This document shows positions 59,301 through 64,000 of a DNA stretch of 64,000 bases, piece after piece. The first letter of the stretch is position 1; each line of letters begins with the position of its first letter. The notes beneath the pieces are model-generated. The model was not told the origin of the DNA and searched no databases. It worked only from the letters and a program-made list of their open reading frames with translations. The position numbers and the translations under genes are program-made. This stretch comes from Euglena gracilis (lineage: Eukaryota), in contig CP154954.1 of NCBI GenBank assembly GCA_039621445.1, positions 49,331,847 to 49,395,846 of the forward strand. The letters run 5' to 3'.

Positions 59301-61145
59301 CTGAAGCGCAAAAAATCTGCCACAAAATGCGATTTTTTTTTCAGCAACCCCTTTGAAAATTGACAGGTTTCCACTTTTTTTTTCCCATTTCCCCAATATG
59401 AGTCTCCCTGGTTCACTGGAGTTCCGATAAATGGCACCAATTTTTTTTTATGTGTGTTAGCTAATTATTCTGAAATTTTGGGTGAAAAAATGGGCATTTT
59501 AGGAATCAGTAAGAAAAATTCAAAATCATGTTTTGACTTTTGTTCCAAATGGCCCGCAGAATCACATAAATCCAACTCGCTACATGAAAATCACGCTATC
59601 TCGAAATGAGTCCCACCATGGGAGAAAAATTGCGGGAAAACCCTGGAAATATTTCACAAAAGTTAAAAAAAAATGCAGAAATTTGAGGAAATTGTGGAAA
59701 GCCGCAGAAATTGGGGGAAAAAATGCAGAAAATGCAATACCCAGAGGAAGTCCAAAACTGTGATACCCCCCCCCAAATAAGGCCCCAGGTCTCCTTTTTG
59801 GGTCCGTTGCCTAAAATCTCAAGGAGGGGTCTTATTTGGGGGGGGGTATTTTTGGGGGGATTTTTTTCTGTTTAAAAAAATGCCAATTTCGATCCCTGCA
59901 TTTTCAGCTTTAGCGGGGGAGTCTATCTTTTGGACTTCCCCCCAAAATCCCGAGGGGGGCTTATTTTTTGGGGGTCTAATTTTTTTGGGCTTTTGCTGAA
60001 AATTGACAGGGGAGGGTCTCGTTTTTTGGGGGGACGGGGGTAACAATACCATCATACATCTCTTTAAGGACCCAAGGGGGGGGTTGCTGGGCTAGGGCTA
60101 GAAATTTGGGCTGGCTAGAAATTTGGGCTGGCTAGCCCCCCCCCCCCCCCGGGGGTGGCTGGTTCCCGACCAAGGTGAAATGCGCCTCCGGCCGACAAAA
60201 CGCAAGCAACACGCTGGACACAAAGCATGGGAGAGGTGTTCGTGTTATCATTGTTCATCATGGGGGTCAGAATCAGAATGCTCCATGTTGTGAGGTGTGC
60301 AGGAAAAGCGGAAGAGCCTGCGAGAGGATGGCAGTGCTAGAGCGAAAGAAATGGGCTGGCTGGCTGGGCTAGCAGCACCCCCCCCCCCCCGGGGTGCTGC
60401 TGCGGCTGTGCTGGGCCCAAATCAGGGCTGGCTGCAGCTGCCTCCCCCACCGGGGGTGGGGGGTTCGCAAAACCTTAAAGAGATGTATGAATACCATGTC
60501 AAAAATGGGTTGCTGTTTTGGCGATAAAATTTGGATGCAGAACACAACGCCTCACCTTGGCCCTATGTGACCCTCGAAAGCAGCTTCTCAGAACAACCCA
60601 ATGAGGGATCAACGTGGAGTGGGTGGAGATAAATCCCCACGGACGAATCTCGAGCACCCCACCCTCGGGCGGGGTGCTTGTTTGTCCTGTACTGCGCTGC
60701 CAGGCATGCCAAACCGAGGGTTGGGCACGTTTTGTCCCATGGCCAGCGGCCTTGTCCTGGGAGTTGGATATGGTCCCTTCCATGGAAGGCAGGAAGGGAC
60801 TGCTGACGTTTGGGGGGGAGGGTTGAGGAGGTGGCCCCACCCTGACCCGCCTCAGTGCCTAGGGATCAACCGTTGACCCCCTCTGTCGCCCACCCGCCAG
60901 CCATCAGATCAATCCCCATGCGGCCTTCGACAGAAGCCTCAGACCGTGGGGCGAAGGGTCAAGGGATTGGGCTCGGTGGGGGGCTGCTTGTTGGCAGCGG
61001 CCGCCACCCAGTGGGCGCGGCCACGCAGGCTGTGACCCGGCGCAAACCCCACGACATCGCGGCTGGGGGCGAGGCTTGCGGGCTCGGGGGCCGCGGCCGG
61101 ATGGAGGGGTCGGGGCCATAGGTCCACTTGGTGACCGCCGTGGAC
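50400..61145 (-). CDS. Scattered candidate downstream exons of the - strand gene (about 61010-61145, 57070-57120, 56090-56165, 53907-54025, 53795-53816, 50405-50480)
   Basis: Short coding-like islands (VTKWTYG/MSWGLRRVTACVAAP; GSQLASGEGLWDTVVEDE; GVFNGLNAELGWVEEVLRLD; TVGWAIYESRTQEQLAS); junctions not resolved. Confidence 0.4.
51811..52294. mobile_element. hAT-like MITE, inverted copy of the 35878-36365 family
   Basis: Same TIR; TSD tccaccgg/tccaccgc (7 of 8); interior aligns in reverse orientation. Fragments at about 58162-58400 and 190-312. Confidence 0.93.
54432..54825. mobile_element. MITE-like repeat with ctagc subterminal motifs
   Basis: ggggactggctagcc...ggactagctacagtcc; central ccggcgcttcgcgccgg; related pieces at about 60075-60400. 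Confidence 0.6.
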
Positions 61146-62807
61146 GGGGGGGGGGGGTGCATAACCCTCCCCCCCCCCACTTATAAACCCCCCCGGGGTT
61201 TATAGGACCCGATTTGGTTGGTCGGCCGAAAAGGGGGTTTGTGGGTGGGGGGTTTATAAATCCCGCAATTGTTGGTGAAAATCCGACCCAAACCCCCCCA
61301 AATGGCCCCAAATTTGGCACTTTTTGGCAAAATTGGTCAAAAATGGCATTTTTGATGATGGTCGGTCTCAAACAATTGCCAAAAAAAATCAGTTTTTGGG
61401 TGGTTTGCGGCCGAAAAAATCGTCCCTGGCCGTCTTTCATTTTTCTTCCCCAGGGGGGGGGTGAGGGTTATGAGTCCCGGTTTGGTTGGTCGGCCCGAGG
61501 GGGGTTTGAAGTGTGAGTTTACATTTCCCCCGGCCACCCACCCACCCACAACCCGGGGGGGGGTCCACCTGCCCACTGAACCCACAGCAATCCGAAATCG
61601 GCCAAAAACCCTTTCCTTCCTTCAGCCCAGCCTCTGGCGGGGTTGGGCATCCCCGTGGCGCAGCTCCAGGCGAGGGGTCCAGCGGCCCAAACCCCCCGTC
61701 CCGGGGTCCGGAGTCAGATGGGGGTCAAGTGGGTCGATGGTCAGTACAGTGCAGGGGGGGGGGGTAGGTTGGGAGGAGAGGCGGGGTTGGGCAGGGAATG
61801 GGATGTACCGTCCGAGGCGCCAAACGCCCTCCCAGAATGATGGCCTGGAGACTGTCTTGGCTGGAGGGGACCCTTCCCCCAGGCAGCCAGAACCTCTCCT
61901 CCCCATCCAACTGGATTTTGGGGTTGGAAATCAAGGAAAAATCAAGCGTGTTGCCTTTCAAATAATTCCTCTTCATGACAAAATTTTTTAAATTTTTTTT
62001 TCGCTGAAAAAAAATGCAACCAAAGTGGATGACAGAAATCGTGCAAGAGTTTGCAAGACCACCACCCAGGTGGCTTCCTGGACCTCCTTGCACTGGGGCG
62101 TGGCCACCAACCCCTTTTGCCAGCTGGCTGGACGCCCAGGCTTCTCACTCTACCACCCTCATCCAGCAGCCAGAAGCTCTAACAAGTGAATCCAGCAGTG
62201 TATTTTGCAGGAATATGGAATGTACAAGGCAGACAAGAAATTGACCTTGGTGGCATTTTTGAGGCAAAATGGCCTTGATTTGCTCAGTTTCTCCAGTGGA
62301 AAGCAAGGCAAAACTGCTCGACACATGGCAAAAAAAAATGCTAAAATAACGGCTCAATTCTGAATTTTTCCAAAATTAAACTTCCCAAAAATTTACCATA
62401 AAGCTCAATGGGAAATTTTTGGAGCATATTTCTGTCTACTGTAATTTCTGGCAACCCTGGATGAGTTTTTACTGCACTAAACCACCACAAAAGAAAGCAA
62501 TATTTTGAATCATTCACCATGATTCTTCTTTGGACAGTTTTTAAGAAAATGGATGGGCCTGGCTGGAAAAACCCTGTGCAGCCCATTGCTGGGAATGGGG
62601 TGTGTTGTAATGCTACAAGAATGCACGTAAATGAGGCGACCAACAGGCTTGTGGCAGCGGCTGATCACACGTTGGAAATTACAAGGGATTCGGTGTAGTT
62701 GTGGGAGTGTGGATGGCACGAAATCTGCCAGGCACCGGCTCATCCCCTGAGGAATTGAGGCACCCCACTGGCAGCTGGTGGTGTGCACGTATGGACATTT
62801 GTGCATG

Positions 62808-62842
<35 letters not shown>

Positions 62843-63055
62843 GTTCTGTGCATATATGTGTGAAGTTGCGTGTGTGATTTTGTGCGTGGAGTTGTGTGTG
62901 TGTGTGTCTGTGTTGAGTCACGAGCATCCTGGAGAAAAATTATGGCCGGACAATTCGCCCCGTCCAGGCATTCCCGAATGTTGCTCACGGAACAGGGATC
63001 GGGGCCACGCCCTGCTTAGCCACTGCCTGGCCCCTGCAAGGAGCGGAGGCTGGCC

Positions 63056-63174
63056 AAGTCCTGCGGAGTGAGGGCCTCCGCGAACGCCTGCTGGATGCGG
63101 TGGACCTCCGCCAGGAGGGCGCTGCCAGGCTGGCCACTGCGTTGGGGCCTGGCCGCATGGGAGACCTCAAAGCG
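63056..63174 (-). CDS. Next exon(s) of the - strand gene (RFEVSH..ALLAEVHRIQQAFAEALTPQDL)
   Basis: Same frame; ends at ggcCAG donor-like motif. Confidence 0.65.
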
Positions 63175-63227
63175 CGGGGGGCTGCCGGCCCTGCTGCCCC
63201 CCCCGGGTTCTTTCTTAATCAGGCGAC

Positions 63228-63659
63228 CACGGTGTGACCACGGCGTGACTGCGGTGTGACTGCGGTGTGACCACGGCGTGACTGCGGTGTGACCACGGTG
63301 TGACTGCGGTGTGACCACGGCGTGACTGCGGTGTGACTGCGGTGTGACCACGGCGTGACTGCGGTGTGACCACGGCGTGACTGCGGTGTGACCACGGCGT
63401 GACTGCGGTGTGACTGCGGTGTGACCACGGCGTGACTGCGGTGTGACTGCGGTGTGACCATGGTGTGACCACGACGTGACTGCAGTGTGCCCATGGCGTG
63501 ACCATGGTGTGACCACGACGTGACTGCGGTGTGCCCATGGCGTGACCATGGTGTGACCACGACGTGACTGCGGTGTGACCATGGTGTGACCACGACGTGA
63601 CTGCGGTGTGACCACTGTGTGACTGTGGTGTGACCACGGCGTGACTGCGGTGTGACCAT
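63228..63659. repeat. 11-bp minisatellite (ccacggcgtga / ctgcggtgtga variants), about 39 units, intronic
   Basis: Directly visible. Confidence 0.95.
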
Positions 63660-63702
63660 CGACAGTGCAACTCACACAGGCATTCATTGCTGGCCGGGCC
63701 CC

Positions 63703-63891
63703 GGCACGGGCGAGGAGGAAGACCTCCTGGAGGGCGCGGCCCACGTCCTGGGCGGTGTCGTCCTCGTCCATGCGGCGGATCTGGTACATCCACTCGTCGT
63801 CGGTCTTGCACCCGCCGCGCTGCTCCACCGGCTCCCAGAAGAGGACGTCGCGGTACCACAGGCGTGGGGAGCACCGGAAGCCGTACTTCAC
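63703..63891 (-). CDS. Exon of an uncharacterised protein (VKYGFRCSPRLWYRDVLFWEPVEQRGGCKTDDEWMYQIRRMDEDDTAQDVGRALQEVFLLARA)
   Basis: Very high GC3, globular composition, preceded by ccccgacAG on the - strand; no family recognised. Confidence 0.75.
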
Positions 63892-64000
63892 CTGTCGGGG
63901 GGGGGGGTCGGTGAGGTGGTGGCGGTCAGCCCATCGGTGGTGGCCGATGGGCGATGGCGTGCACCCCAATACCAGCACATTTTGGTTCCGGACAGCTTCT

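Overview
Eukaryotic nuclear DNA, almost certainly from a euglenid (Euglena-like), not a prokaryote. It holds three split genes: (1) the 3' part of a membrane receptor-type class III adenylate cyclase (+, to stop at 7967); (2) a kinesin-3-like motor gene with a C2-like tail (+, about 20129-42320); (3) part of an uncharacterised gene (-, about 50400-63891). Most introns I could place by hand lack GT-AG. They have base-paired ends with CAG at +4..+6 and CTG at -8..-6, which is the euglenid nonconventional intron signature, and removing them rebuilds split motifs in frame (KYIG|DCVM, NVA|SRLE, GQT|GSGKT, LTL|GRAL). Introns and intergenic DNA are packed with MITE-like elements, foldbacks and micro/minisatellites. 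The main observation: several MITEs here are CAG...CTG-ended with 8-bp target-site duplications. That is exactly the geometry (3 nt + CAG ... CTG + 5 nt) that would turn such an insertion into a scar-free nonconventional intron, and some introns still show TSD remnants. A 1.3-kb Helentron/HINE-like element with a 31-bp repeat array and a terminal hairpin is also present. All boundaries were read by eye and none were checked against transcripts or databases.
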